Shown: positions 10,002 to 19,039, counted from the first letter of the stretch. The stretch is 64,000 bases of DNA from an uncultured Verrucomicrobiae bacterium (GCA_963762585.1 CAVXLF010000020.1:33913-97912); one strand, 5' to 3'. Numbers and translations are program-made. Notes: generated by a model from the sequence alone, not told the origin.

Positions 10002-10312
10002 TACAATTGCAACCAGTTTCGCAACCGGCCATCCAGGATTCCAGAGTCCTTCGCCGAGAGTTGGCCAACAATTTTCACCACCAGCCGTTCTGCCACGGTT
10101 GCCAGTTGGGCTTTGACGCCGGAAGGAACATTCAACCCTGTTGCGCGCCATTCTTTAATAGGGAAATCTGTGTTGGCCAGCACCGACGAAATGGGGACAA
10201 GAAACAAATCCATTTCCTTTTTGCCAACAACGATAGCCGGGCGAACCTTGCGGCTGGTCAGATCCGTAAACGGAATCGGCAGGAGAACCACGTCATTTCT
10301 TGAGCAGTTCAT
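10001..10312 (-). CDS. PemK/MazF family toxin
   Basis: DVVLLPIPFTDLTSRKVRPAIVV...VPISS...GLNVPSGVKAQLAT, PemK/MazF signature. Confidence 0.85.
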   Translation of the reverse strand: MNCSRNDVVLLPIPFTDLTSRKVRPAIVVGKKEMDLFLVPISSVLANTDFPIKEWRATGLNVPSGVKAQLATVAERLVVKIVGQLSAKDSGILDGRLRNWLQL

Positions 10313-10496
10313 TGAAGACGTCGTCGGCGTCGTTGTCCCAGGTTTTTGTCAAGGCTTCCTCGGAAAGCTTCAACCACGTCTCGCGTTCCGTGTCAGATTC
10401 GATGGTTACCCGGACACGCGATTTTTCCGGCAACGACAGCGGCTTCGGCAAAAGCAGCTTGCCGCGTTCATAAATGGCATCAACAGTCGTTGTCAT
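10293..10496 (-). CDS. Antitoxin, AF2212/DUF104-like
   Basis: TVDAIYERGKLLLPKPLSLPEKSRVRVTI; acidic tail WDNDADDVFNELL; overlaps toxin start. Confidence 0.8.
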   Translation of the reverse strand: MTTTVDAIYERGKLLLPKPLSLPEKSRVRVTIESDTERETWLKLSEEALTKTWDNDADDVFNELLKK

Positions 10497-10534
10497 AACA
10501 AGAAATTAACCTGTTCCGATGTCACAAGCAAAAA

Positions 10535-11020
10535 TTATTTCGCGAGCTCCGCCCGCAGCTTTGCGGCCAGCTCGTTCAAGGCCTGGGGCAGGACGGTGGT
10601 GTTGGCCAGTACCGGCATAAAATTCGTGTCGCCGCTCCAGCGCGGCACCACGTGAATGTGCAGGTGTTCGGCCACGCCCGCGCCCGCGGCCTTGCCGAGA
10701 TTGATGCCGATGTTAAAACCATCCGGTTTCATCAGTTGCGTCAGCGCATTGACGCAGCGCCGCGTGAGCTTCCATAAATCGGTGAGTTCCTCATCGGTCA
10801 GGCCGTTCAGGTCGGCGACCTGTTTGTAAGGCACGACCAGCAGATGCCCGCCGTTGTAGGGATAGGTGTTGAGCAGCGCAAAGCAGGTGCGGTCGCGCGC
10901 AATCACGCGATTGGCTTCGTCATCACTGGATTGCGCGATGCGCGTGAACAGGCTCGCGTCCAACTGCGGCTTGGGCGCAAGAATGTATTCAATCCGCCAC
11001 GGTGCGTGCAGTGATTCCAT
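10535..11020 (-). CDS. HIT family hydrolase (Ap4A phosphorylase-like)
   Basis: LHAPWRIEYI, NTYPYNGGHLLVVP, NLGKAAGAG, HLHIHVVPRW. Confidence 0.92.
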   Translation of the reverse strand: MESLHAPWRIEYILAPKPQLDASLFTRIAQSSDDEANRVIARDRTCFALLNTYPYNGGHLLVVPYKQVADLNGLTDEELTDLWKLTRRCVNALTQLMKPDGFNIGINLGKAAGAGVAEHLHIHVVPRWSGDTNFMPVLANTTVLPQALNELAAKLRAELAK

Positions 11021-11043
11021 GGGGAAACGTTAAAACCCGCCGC

Positions 11044-11069
11044 AAATAAGGAAAGCAGGAAATGAGGAA
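11044..11069. repeat. Solo three-unit arm (AGGAAA-type units)
   Basis: aataaggaaagcaggaaatgaggaat between lpxB and HIT. Confidence 0.4.
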
Positions 11070-11109
11070 TCTTTCCGACCTACCGGCCTGGCACATTTTA
11101 ATCCATTTG

Positions 11110-12279
11110 TCATTCGAACAAACTCGAGATCGCGGCGGCCGCGCGCCGGCTGGCGCCGGGTTCGCCCAGCGACGAAACAATTTTCGCCAGTTGCGACTTG
11201 ATTTGGGCGCGTGCCGGCTCGTTCTGCAACAGTTCCAGCGCGGCTGCCGCAAGGTTTTCCGGCGTGGCGTCGTTTTGGATGAATTCGGGAAAAATCATCT
11301 CATCGGCCAGGATGTTTGGCATCGTCAGCCATTTCACGTTCACGATGAACCGACCAATCTGGTAGGTGCTCCACGACGTTTTGTAGAGCGTCACCGTCGG
11401 CACACCAAAGAACGCGCATTCCATCGTCACCGTGCCCGTCGAGGCAATGGCGACATCAGCCTGTCCCAGCGCCTCCGGCAGGTTGCCAATCTGAATTTCG
11501 ACGTTTGGCTGGGGTGCAGACAGCGTGTCCGCGAGTTCCTTCAACGCCGGGTTCGGCAAAACCATCTTTGCTTTCGCGCCTGGCAATTTGTTCTGAATCA
11601 ACTTCAGCGCATCCAGCATCGGTGGCAGATGCCGTTTCAATTCGCTCGTCCGGCTGCCGGGCAACAGTAAAATTTGCGGTTGCGAAGCCGACGACACATT
11701 CTCGCTTCTGGCTTCTGACTTCTGACTTCTGTCATTCGTAAATCTCCCGACCATCGGGTGCCCGACAAATTCCACCCGCAACTTCGGTGCGTGCCGCGCA
11801 TACCATTCCTTTTCAAATGGGAAAATACTCAGGAGCAAATCATAATCCGCTTCCAGCAGTTTCGCGCGGCGTGGCCGCGACGCCCAGACCTGCGGCGAGA
11901 CAAACTGGATGATTTTGGGGTTCCAGTTCGCGAAGGGATTGTTGCGGATATATTCCTTGATCGCGTGACCGAAACGCAGATTAAACCCGCCATAATCCAC
12001 GCCGATGATGGCGTCCGGCTGGTGTTCGATGGCCAGAGCCAGCAGTTGATTGAACAGCCGCCGGAACTTTAAATAATTTTTCAGCACGTCCGAGATGCCG
12101 ATGACCGAATGCCGGGTCAGGTCGAACGCCAGTTCGACGCCGGCGCCGGCCATTTTCGGTCCGCCCGCGCCAAAAAACGTTGCGTCCGGCAATGTGCCGC
12201 GCAACGCGGAAACCAGTTCCGCCGCGAGCAAATCCCCGCTCGCCTCACCGGCGATGAGCATGAACGATTTCGGTTTCAC
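11110..12279 (-). CDS. lpxB: Lipid-A-disaccharide synthase
   Basis: IAGEASGDLLA, SPQVWASR, IFPFE, FVGHP, LLPGSR, TGTVTMECA. Confidence 0.95.
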   Translation of the reverse strand: MKPKSFMLIAGEASGDLLAAELVSALRGTLPDATFFGAGGPKMAGAGVELAFDLTRHSVIGISDVLKNYLKFRRLFNQLLALAIEHQPDAIIGVDYGGFNLRFGHAIKEYIRNNPFANWNPKIIQFVSPQVWASRPRRAKLLEADYDLLLSIFPFEKEWYARHAPKLRVEFVGHPMVGRFTNDRSQKSEARSENVSSASQPQILLLPGSRTSELKRHLPPMLDALKLIQNKLPGAKAKMVLPNPALKELADTLSAPQPNVEIQIGNLPEALGQADVAIASTGTVTMECAFFGVPTVTLYKTSWSTYQIGRFIVNVKWLTMPNILADEMIFPEFIQNDATPENLAAAALELLQNEPARAQIKSQLAKIVSSLGEPGASRRAAAAISSLFE

Positions 12280-12290
12280 GGTCTTATTTT

Positions 12291-12316
12291 ACCGCAGAGA
12301 CGCAGAGACGCAGAGA
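12291..12316. repeat. Left arm of inverted repeat, AC(CGCAGAGA)3
   Basis: accgcagagacgcagagacgcagaga; 23/26 match to reverse complement of 13137-13162. Confidence 0.9.
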
Positions 12317-12319
12317 AAT

Positions 12320-13132
12320 TCATGGAATCAATTCGTCCAACGCGCGACATTTTCCACCGCGATGAATCATTGCGTGGCAATTTGTGCAGACTACAGCCAA
12401 ATCATCAAGCGATGTTTTGGAAGGCGATTCTCGGTCGGCCAGTGGTTTCAAATGGTGAACGTGAGCAAAATCCTTTCCGAGTTCTCCGTAAACTTTTTCA
12501 AAGTCAAAGCTACAACCTGGCACTTCGCAAATTAATCGGCCTAGATTCTTTTGTCGTGCTTGTTTGAGTTTCACATTGCGGAGTATTTGCTCTCGTTTTC
12601 GATGTCGAATCAAAGCAATCCTTTCTTCGCCTTCAAACGCCGTGATTTCATCATCAACAAAAACGCTGCCAAGACTGGATGCCCCAATGTGTTCAGCCCA
12701 AATGTGCTCTAGCTCTTCGGCGATTTCTGATGGGATCAAGATACCTGAAGACTGTGACGTCCAGTGCATCGCAGCAAGTTTGCCACTTTTCAATCGGGAC
12801 AATGAAAGTGGCTCGTCGACGTATGGATTAAGAAGTCGTTCCCATTCGCAACCAGCAAAAAATGTTTTTTCACCAATGGCGGCTTTTTCTTTATTCCAAT
12901 GAACATCAATTTGTGGGTCAGAAGTAGTCCAACCCGATGCGATTATTCCTTTTGGTTCTTCACTGCCAAGCTTAATAAGAAATGCGCGGTCGCCCTTTCT
13001 AATTCGTCTGGCATTCGCGTGACAACTCCAACGGTCGGAAATAATTTTTCCGGAAGCATTTTCATTTGCCCGTAGGGCTAAATCTTTCCATGTCCATTGT
13101 TTTGGATTCCATGTAAAAAGATATGTTTTCAT
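12320..13132 (-). CDS. EVE/PUA-like + McrA-type HNH endonuclease (putative modification-dependent, type IV, restriction enzyme)
   Basis: N-term YLFTWNP...WSC...KGDRAFL...GIIASG (EVE-like); C-term CEVPGC...HVHHLKPL...VVCTNCHAMIH; visibly AT-richer than neighbours. Confidence 0.8.
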   Translation of the reverse strand: MKTYLFTWNPKQWTWKDLALRANENASGKIISDRWSCHANARRIRKGDRAFLIKLGSEEPKGIIASGWTTSDPQIDVHWNKEKAAIGEKTFFAGCEWERLLNPYVDEPLSLSRLKSGKLAAMHWTSQSSGILIPSEIAEELEHIWAEHIGASSLGSVFVDDEITAFEGEERIALIRHRKREQILRNVKLKQARQKNLGRLICEVPGCSFDFEKVYGELGKDFAHVHHLKPLADRESPSKTSLDDLAVVCTNCHAMIHRGGKCRALDELIP

Positions 13133-13136
13133 TTTT

Positions 13137-13162
13137 CCTCAGCGCCTCTGCGTCTCTGCGGT
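13137..13162. repeat. Right arm of inverted repeat
   Basis: cctcagcgcctctgcgtctctgcggt; fills nearly the whole gap between the upstream stop and the HNH ATG. Confidence 0.9.
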
Positions 13163-14205
13163 TAAACGTTTTGGATTTGTCGCGTGATTTCGAAGGCCAG
13201 ATCCAGCGCGCGTTTGGCGGATTCGCCGCTGACGGCGGGCGTCTGTTTCTCGCGCACGCAGTTCACAAAATGCTGCAGTTCCAGCTTCAGCGGCTCGTCC
13301 TTCGCAATCGGCACCGGTTCGCGCACAATTTTTTTGCCGGCAAACTGGCTGACTATCATGGAGTCCTTGCCGACACCGAGTTTTGCCGCCAGAACTTTTT
13401 TTAAAATCGAGCTTTCCGCTTCGTCTTCGCGGGCGATGCGGTAGATGAATCCTTCCTGCGCGCGATAATCGAGTGAGATATAGCTCGGGGTGGTTGTGCC
13501 GCCACTGAACACGCGAATCTTTCGCATCCGCTCCGGGCTGACCCGGCTGGCGGTGAGGTTGGCCACGCAGCCGTTGGCGAAACGCAGCCGCGCGTTCGCA
13601 ATGTCCTCGCTCTTGCTCAAAACCGGAATGCCCACCGCGTCCACGCTCGTCAGAGGCGATTTCACGAAGGCGAGCACGACGTCGAGGTCGTGAATCATCA
13701 GGTCGAGCACGACGCCGATGTCGGTCGAGCGGGCAGGGTAGGGCGACAGCCGGTGGCACTCGATGAAGCGCGGCTCCGGCGCGGCGCTTTCGAGATACTT
13801 AAAGACGGGATTGAACCGTTCGACGTGGCCGACCTGCAGGACGCAATTCTTCTGCTGCGCAAGCTGCACCAGTTCGGCGGCCTGCTCCGTGTTGTCGGTC
13901 ATCGGTTTTTCGACCAGGACGTGTTTGCCCTGGGCGAGCAATTGTTTTGCGAGTTCAAAATGTGTGGTGGTGGGCGTGACGACGTTGACGGCGTCGCTGG
14001 CGGCGGCGGCTTCGGCAACGGAATTGAAAACGCGGGTGTTGTATTTGGCGGCGATTTTGCGCGCGGCGTCGGGGTTCACGTCAAAAACGCCGGCGAATCC
14101 GACCTGGCCGGTTTTTGCCAGTTCGGCGTAGAGGCGCGCGTGATGTTGTCCCAGCGAGCCGACGCCGAGAACGGCCACCCGGATTTTAGGGTTTGAAGTT
14201 GCCAC
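13162..14205 (-). CDS. Gfo/Idh/MocA oxidoreductase, GnnA-like (lpxB-linked)
   Basis: VAVLGVGSLGQHHARLY, HVLVEKP, QVGHVERFNP, VVLDLMIHDLD; GTG start at 14205 (ORF-track extension is repeat-derived). Confidence 0.85.
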   Translation of the reverse strand: MATSNPKIRVAVLGVGSLGQHHARLYAELAKTGQVGFAGVFDVNPDAARKIAAKYNTRVFNSVAEAAAASDAVNVVTPTTTHFELAKQLLAQGKHVLVEKPMTDNTEQAAELVQLAQQKNCVLQVGHVERFNPVFKYLESAAPEPRFIECHRLSPYPARSTDIGVVLDLMIHDLDVVLAFVKSPLTSVDAVGIPVLSKSEDIANARLRFANGCVANLTASRVSPERMRKIRVFSGGTTTPSYISLDYRAQEGFIYRIAREDEAESSILKKVLAAKLGVGKDSMIVSQFAGKKIVREPVPIAKDEPLKLELQHFVNCVREKQTPAVSGESAKRALDLAFEITRQIQNV

Positions 14206-14222
14206 GCGCCGAGTTTGCCAGT

Positions 14223-14364
14223 GAAAACTGAAAACTGAAATGAGAAATCTCGCGCGAAGGACGCGAAGGAAACGAAGGCGAAAACCTTCAAATCTCCTTC
14301 GCCGCCTTCGCGGTCCTTCGCGCGACCTTCCCAACTTTGGACTTTGAACTTTGGGCTTTGGACT
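14223..14364. repeat. Composite repeat: (GAAAACT)n + inverted three-unit CGCGAAGG element (14250-14325) + (CTTTGGA)n
   Basis: tcgcgcgaaggacgcgaaggaaacgaagg...ccttcgccgccttcgcggtccttcgcgcga flanked by heptamer arrays. Confidence 0.85.
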
Positions 14365-14378
14365 CTTAAACTTGCGGC

Positions 14379-15053
14379 GTGCCATTTCTGGGTTACGTCA
14401 TAATCGCGGTGGCGGCGTATTTGCTCGGCTCGATTCCGACCGGCTTTCTGGTGGCGCGGGCCAAGGGCATTGACATCCGCACGGTTGGCAGCGGCAATAT
14501 CGGCGCGACGAATGCCATGCGCGTGCTGGGCAAACCGGCGGGGATTTTTGTATTGCTGATGGATGCGTTGAAAGGCTACGCCGCCGTTGCCTTTCTTCCC
14601 CCGCTGATTTTCAACTGGCTGGCGCCCCATTTTTCAGGATTGTTTGTTTCTTTTTCAAACGAGCCCGTTGAACTTCAGACCCGATATTATGTGGTGGCGG
14701 GAATTTTCGCCGTGCTCGGCCACAATTTCCCCTGCTGGCTGCGGTTCAAAGGCGGCAAAGGCATCGCCACCAGCGCCGGGGTTTACCTGGCGCTCGCGCC
14801 GCTGGCGGTGGGCGTCGCGCTGGTGGTTTTCATCCTGGCGTTGCTGGCGACCCGATACGTTTCGGTTGGTTCCGTTGCCGCGGCCACGGCCTTGACCGCC
14901 GCGGTCTGGGTTTTGCCGCCGCATAATTTATTGCTCGGCATGGTGACGACGGTGCTGGGCGTGATGGCCATATACAAACACAAGGGCAACCTTCGGCGTC
15001 TCGCCGCTGGAACCGAAAACCGGTTGCAATTCAAAAAAAGGGAAACGACATGA
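14379..15053 (+). CDS. plsY: Glycerol-3-phosphate acyltransferase PlsY
   Basis: YLLGSIPTG, DIRTVGSGNIGATNAMR, DALKG, GHNFP...FKGGKGIAT, KHKGNLRRL..GTE. Confidence 0.96.
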   Translation: MPFLGYVIIAVAAYLLGSIPTGFLVARAKGIDIRTVGSGNIGATNAMRVLGKPAGIFVLLMDALKGYAAVAFLPPLIFNWLAPHFSGLFVSFSNEPVELQTRYYVVAGIFAVLGHNFPCWLRFKGGKGIATSAGVYLALAPLAVGVALVVFILALLATRYVSVGSVAAATALTAAVWVLPPHNLLLGMVTTVLGVMAIYKHKGNLRRLAAGTENRLQFKKRETT

Positions 15054-16026
15054 GAATCACCGTCCTCGGTGCCGGCGCCTGGGGAACCGCGCTGGCCAAG
15101 GTGCTGCACGAGAACGGCAACGCCGTGGCGCTTTGGGACATCAATGCCGAAACACTGGCGGAACTCCGGCTCGGGCACAGCGAACGTTATCTGCCCGGCG
15201 TGAAACTGCCGACCGACTGGAAGGTTGAAACGGAATTTGAAAAGCGGTCGGCGGCGCCGAGTGTCTGGTGCTGGCCATTCCCTCGCAGGCTTTTCGGCAG
15301 GCGGCGGCAAACCTGAAAGGGCACCCGGCCATCATGCTGAGCGTGACCAAGGGCATCGAATTTGAAACGGGCGAGACCATGAGCCGCATTTTGCGCGAAT
15401 ACGCGCCGGCCAACCGCGTGGCCGCGCTTTCCGGTCCCAGTTTTGCCCGGGAAGTGGCCCTCGGCATCCCGACCACGGTGGTTTGTGCGTGTGAGAGCGA
15501 CGGCACGGCGCGCACCGTCCAGGGGCTCTTTCACCGCCCGGAATTTCGTATTTACCGCAGCACGGATGTTCTGGGTGTGGAATACGGCGGCGCGCTGAAA
15601 AACATCATTGCCATTGCGGCGGGCGTGAGCGACGGACTTGGTTACGGTGACAACACCAAGGCCGGCCTCGTCACGCGGGCGCTGTCCGAAATGCGCCGGC
15701 TCGGCGTGGCGTGCGGGGCGCAGGCGGAAACCTTTTCCGGTTTGAGCGGGCTGGGCGACCTCATGCTGACGTGTTTCTCAAAGCAAAGCCGCAACCGTGA
15801 TTTGGGCGAGCGCCTGGGGCGCGGTGAAACCATGGCGGCCATCCAGGCATCGCATCCAAAACTGGCCGAGGGCTATCCCACGGCGCGCTCGGCACACCGT
15901 TTGGCGCGCGATAAAAAGGTGCCCACCCCGATCATTGACGAGGTTTATGCGTTGCTCTACGAAGGCAAGGATCCGAGGAAGGCGGTGCGTGACTTGATTT
16001 CGCGCGCGTTTAAGGCCGAGGATTAA
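15050..16026 (+). CDS. gpsA: NAD(P)H-dependent glycerol-3-phosphate dehydrogenase, split by a 1-nt frameshift at ~15240
   Basis: GAGAWGTALA in first frame; TKGIE, LSGPSFA, GGALKN, GLGDLMLTC, SRN in second; one extra A in GAAAAG restores EFEKAVGGAECLVLAIP. Confidence 0.9.
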
Positions 16027-16029
16027 ATC

Positions 16030-16180
16030 AGCCACAGATGGACACAGATGAAACACAGATAAGAGTCCGAGAGTCTGAAAATTCCGTAAAGCACAGTTTA
16101 TACCTTCTTGAATTAAACCAAAGAAGATTTGCGCGACTGGTGGAGACAAATCTGTGTTTCATCTGTGTCCATCTGTGGCT
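16030..16180. repeat. Perfect 31-bp inverted repeat (three ACAGAT-containing units) with 89-bp spacer
   Basis: agccacagatggacacagatgaaacacagat (16030-16060) and exact reverse complement (16150-16180) between convergent gpsA and thrH. Confidence 0.95.
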
Positions 16181-16785
16181 CAAGCCAATGCTTGTTTGAT
16201 CAGCTTCAACAAGTCGGCATGTGATTCGACGGCCTGGAATTGCGGGAATTGCTGCTTCACATTTTCCGGCGCGTGAATCAAAAAACCGGCGTTCGCCTCC
16301 GACAACATGGCGGTGTCGTTGAATGAATCGCCGGCGGAGATGACGTGGTAATTCAGCGACTTGAACGCGGCGACGGCCTTTTTCTTCTGGTCGGGCAGGC
16401 GCAACTGGTAATTCACAATGCGGTCATTCTCCACCATCAGCCGGTGGCACAGCAACGTCGGCCAGCCGAGCTGGCGGAGCAGGGGGGCGGCGAATTGTTC
16501 GAACGTGTCGGACAGGATGATGACCTGCACCAGCGAACGCAGTTCGTCGAGAAACGCCTTTGCGCCGTCCAACGGAAGCAGGGTGCTGATGACATTCTGG
16601 ATGTCGGAGAGTTTCAAGCCGTGCTGGTCCAGCAAGGCGAGGCGGCCGCGCATGAGTTTGTCGTAATCCGGTTCGTCGCGCGTGGTGCGGCGCAATTCCG
16701 GGATTTTGGTCTTCTCGGCGACGGCGATCCAGATTTCCGGCGTTAATACGCCTTCCATGTCCAAAGTGACGATTGATTGTTTCAC
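16180..16785 (-). CDS. thrH: Phosphoserine phosphatase/homoserine phosphotransferase ThrH
   Basis: TLDMEGVLTPEIW, TTRDEPDYDKLM, ILSDTF, AGDSFNDTAML. Confidence 0.93.
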   Translation of the reverse strand: MKQSIVTLDMEGVLTPEIWIAVAEKTKIPELRRTTRDEPDYDKLMRGRLALLDQHGLKLSDIQNVISTLLPLDGAKAFLDELRSLVQVIILSDTFEQFAAPLLRQLGWPTLLCHRLMVENDRIVNYQLRLPDQKKKAVAAFKSLNYHVISAGDSFNDTAMLSEANAGFLIHAPENVKQQFPQFQAVESHADLLKLIKQALA

Positions 16786-16843
16786 GGATAAGCAGGAATT
16801 TTTCAAATTGTGCCCGGCCTGTCGAGAGATTCGGGTAAAAAGT

Positions 16844-19034
16844 TTACGGCCCCGGCCGGCAGGGTTGATGGGATTGATAAAGTTTCAGGAACTGTTCGGT
16901 TTTGTCCGCCAGATCCTTCTGGCCGGCGGCCAGGGCCAGATCCCGTGCCTTTTGGGTCGTCGCCATCGCCTCCGGGAACCGGCCAGCTTCGGCGTAGGCG
17001 GCGCCCAGGGTGGTCAACAGGGCCGGCGCTTGATAATGGGTGAGGTCGCAGGCGTGTTCCGCCAGATGTACGGCCACCGCGCCGGAACGAAGTTTTGCGT
17101 CCGGGTCGGTGGCGAGAATCCAGGCGAGTTCATTGAGCGCATCCGGAAAATTTGGAGCCAGCCGCAAAGTGTTCCAAAACTCCCCGATTGCCGCCTCGGA
17201 CTGATATTGGCGGAACAAAGCTTCCGCCAGGCGATAGTGGCCTTCTGTCTGATAAGGCGCCGACGCCAGCTCCTGTGAAAATTGGGCTGCCGCCCCGGCC
17301 GGCTGGTTGTTATTTAGCAGGGCGAGGCCGTAATCAAAATGCGCCTCCGGATCGTTCGGGATTCAGCCTGACCGCGTCGGAAAGCTGGCCGAGGGCTTCC
17401 GCATTCTTGCCTTGTTTGAGCAGGACAATCGCCAGGCTGCGGTGCGCCGCGGCAAAGCCCGGGTAAATCTCCAGGGCTTTTGAGAACTGAGATCCGGCGG
17501 CATCCAGGTCGCCGTTATTTAACAGGGCCGTGCCCAGGTTGTATTGCAATTCGGCATCCCCCGGCTGGAGCTGGACCGCGGTGTTAAAATATTCGAGCGC
17601 TTCCTTCAATTTCCCTTGATCCGCCAGGGCCACGCCCAGGGCGGAGTTTCCCCGGGCATAACGGGGATTTATTCGCGCTGACTCTTTCAGCAACGAAACG
17701 GCCTTGTCAAATTGCCCCAGTTCATCAAACGCCATGCCCAGATGTGCGTCCGCGACGTAATTGTCAGTCGTAACGGCTTTGGCATGGGAAAACAGCGTCA
17801 GATTGTTTTGCCAATATTTCAATTGCATCCAGGAATCCGTCAGACAACCCGCCAGCAGGGCGATTCCGACCCCGGCTCCAATCCATTTTTTTTGCGGCCA
17901 CCTGCCAACCAGCGCGTTTAATCCCCATGCCACTACGATGAACAGACCGATGCCGGGGATGTACATGTACCGGTCCGCCATGGCCTGTCGCCCGACCTGG
18001 ACCAGGCCAATCACAGGTATCAAGGTGCCCAGATACCAGAACCAGCCGACAAACATATAAGGCTGCCGCCGGGCAAACCAGACTGACAAAACTGAACACA
18101 TCAACACGAACAGCCCTGAAGCAAGCACGAGCGCCAGCGGCCAATGCGCCGGGAGCGGATAAAAGACCGCAAGGTCCGTTGGCCAGAAGGTTTTGGAGAC
18201 GTAACGGAAATATGACACCACCGGGTTTGTGATGCGCAAAGAGAATGGCACGGTGTCCAGTGAGAAAACCGCGCCGCCCGCCCGTTGCACCAGAAAGGTG
18301 GTCACGCTTGAGGCGAGCGCCAGCGCCAGGAAAGGCACTTTTTCGAAGATCAAACCGCCGAAGGATCTGACCGTGAACGGAGAATCCAGCGAAAGGCGGT
18401 TGAGCGGCCAGAAATCCAGCAGCAGCAATACAAATGGCAGTGTGACGAGCATTGGCTTGCACATCAGCCCGCACGCGAACAGGAGCAGCGCCAAACAGTA
18501 GAAGGCTTTGGACCTCGGACTTTGAGCTTTGGACTTTTCAACAAAGTGCGCGTAAGCCAGCAGGGTCAGCAGGCAGAAGAATGTGCTTAACACATCCTTG
18601 CGCTCCGCCACCCACGCGACCGATTCGACATGCAATGGATGAAGGGCGAACAATGCCGCCACCAATCCGCTGCGCCACAACGTCCTCGTGGTGCGATGCA
18701 AAAAAATGAAGAGTAACACTGTGTTGACGATGTGGAGCAGCAGATTGGTCAGATGATGTCCAGCGGGGTTCAAACCATACCACTGGCAATCCAACATGTG
18801 GGAAATCCAGGTCAAAGGATGCCAATTGTCCGCGTAACCGCTCTGAAATGCCCAGACGATGCCCGGCCAGGTCAGCCCCGGTTGGACATGGAAATTGTCC
18901 GTGACGTATTGGTCATCATCGAAATTGATAAAGGCGTGATTCGTCACCGGCCAGTATAGAGCCAGGCTGATCAGGACCAGGATCAGGCAAATCAAACGAT
19001 TTCTGGAGGGATGGTTCAAGTCGGTTGCCGGCAT
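16844..19034 (-). CDS. TMTC-like GT-C membrane protein with C-terminal TPR repeats, split by a frameshift at ~17368
   Basis: FINFDDDQY, NWHPLTWISH, HPLHVESVAWVAERKD, ADRYMY, TPRs; removing one C in AATCCCG joins ORFs 17334-19238 and 16844-17218. Confidence 0.8.
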
Positions 19035-19039
19035 GGGAA

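Noticed and set aside
10002..10151. N-terminal extension of PhoH suggesting a toxin-PhoH fusion
   Set aside because: It lies in a different frame from the MazF ORF, which has its own stop; this is coupling, not fusion
14206..14385. Arg-rich N-terminal extension of the oxidoreductase in the ORF track
   Set aside because: It is translated repeat DNA overlapping the plsY promoter; GTG at 14205 fits better
16030..16180. Possible CRISPR or tRNA-like structure among the repeats (also 22032-22082)
   Set aside because: No repeat-spacer periodicity, no cas genes, and no T-loop or anticodon arm; these are inverted repeats or REP-like hairpins
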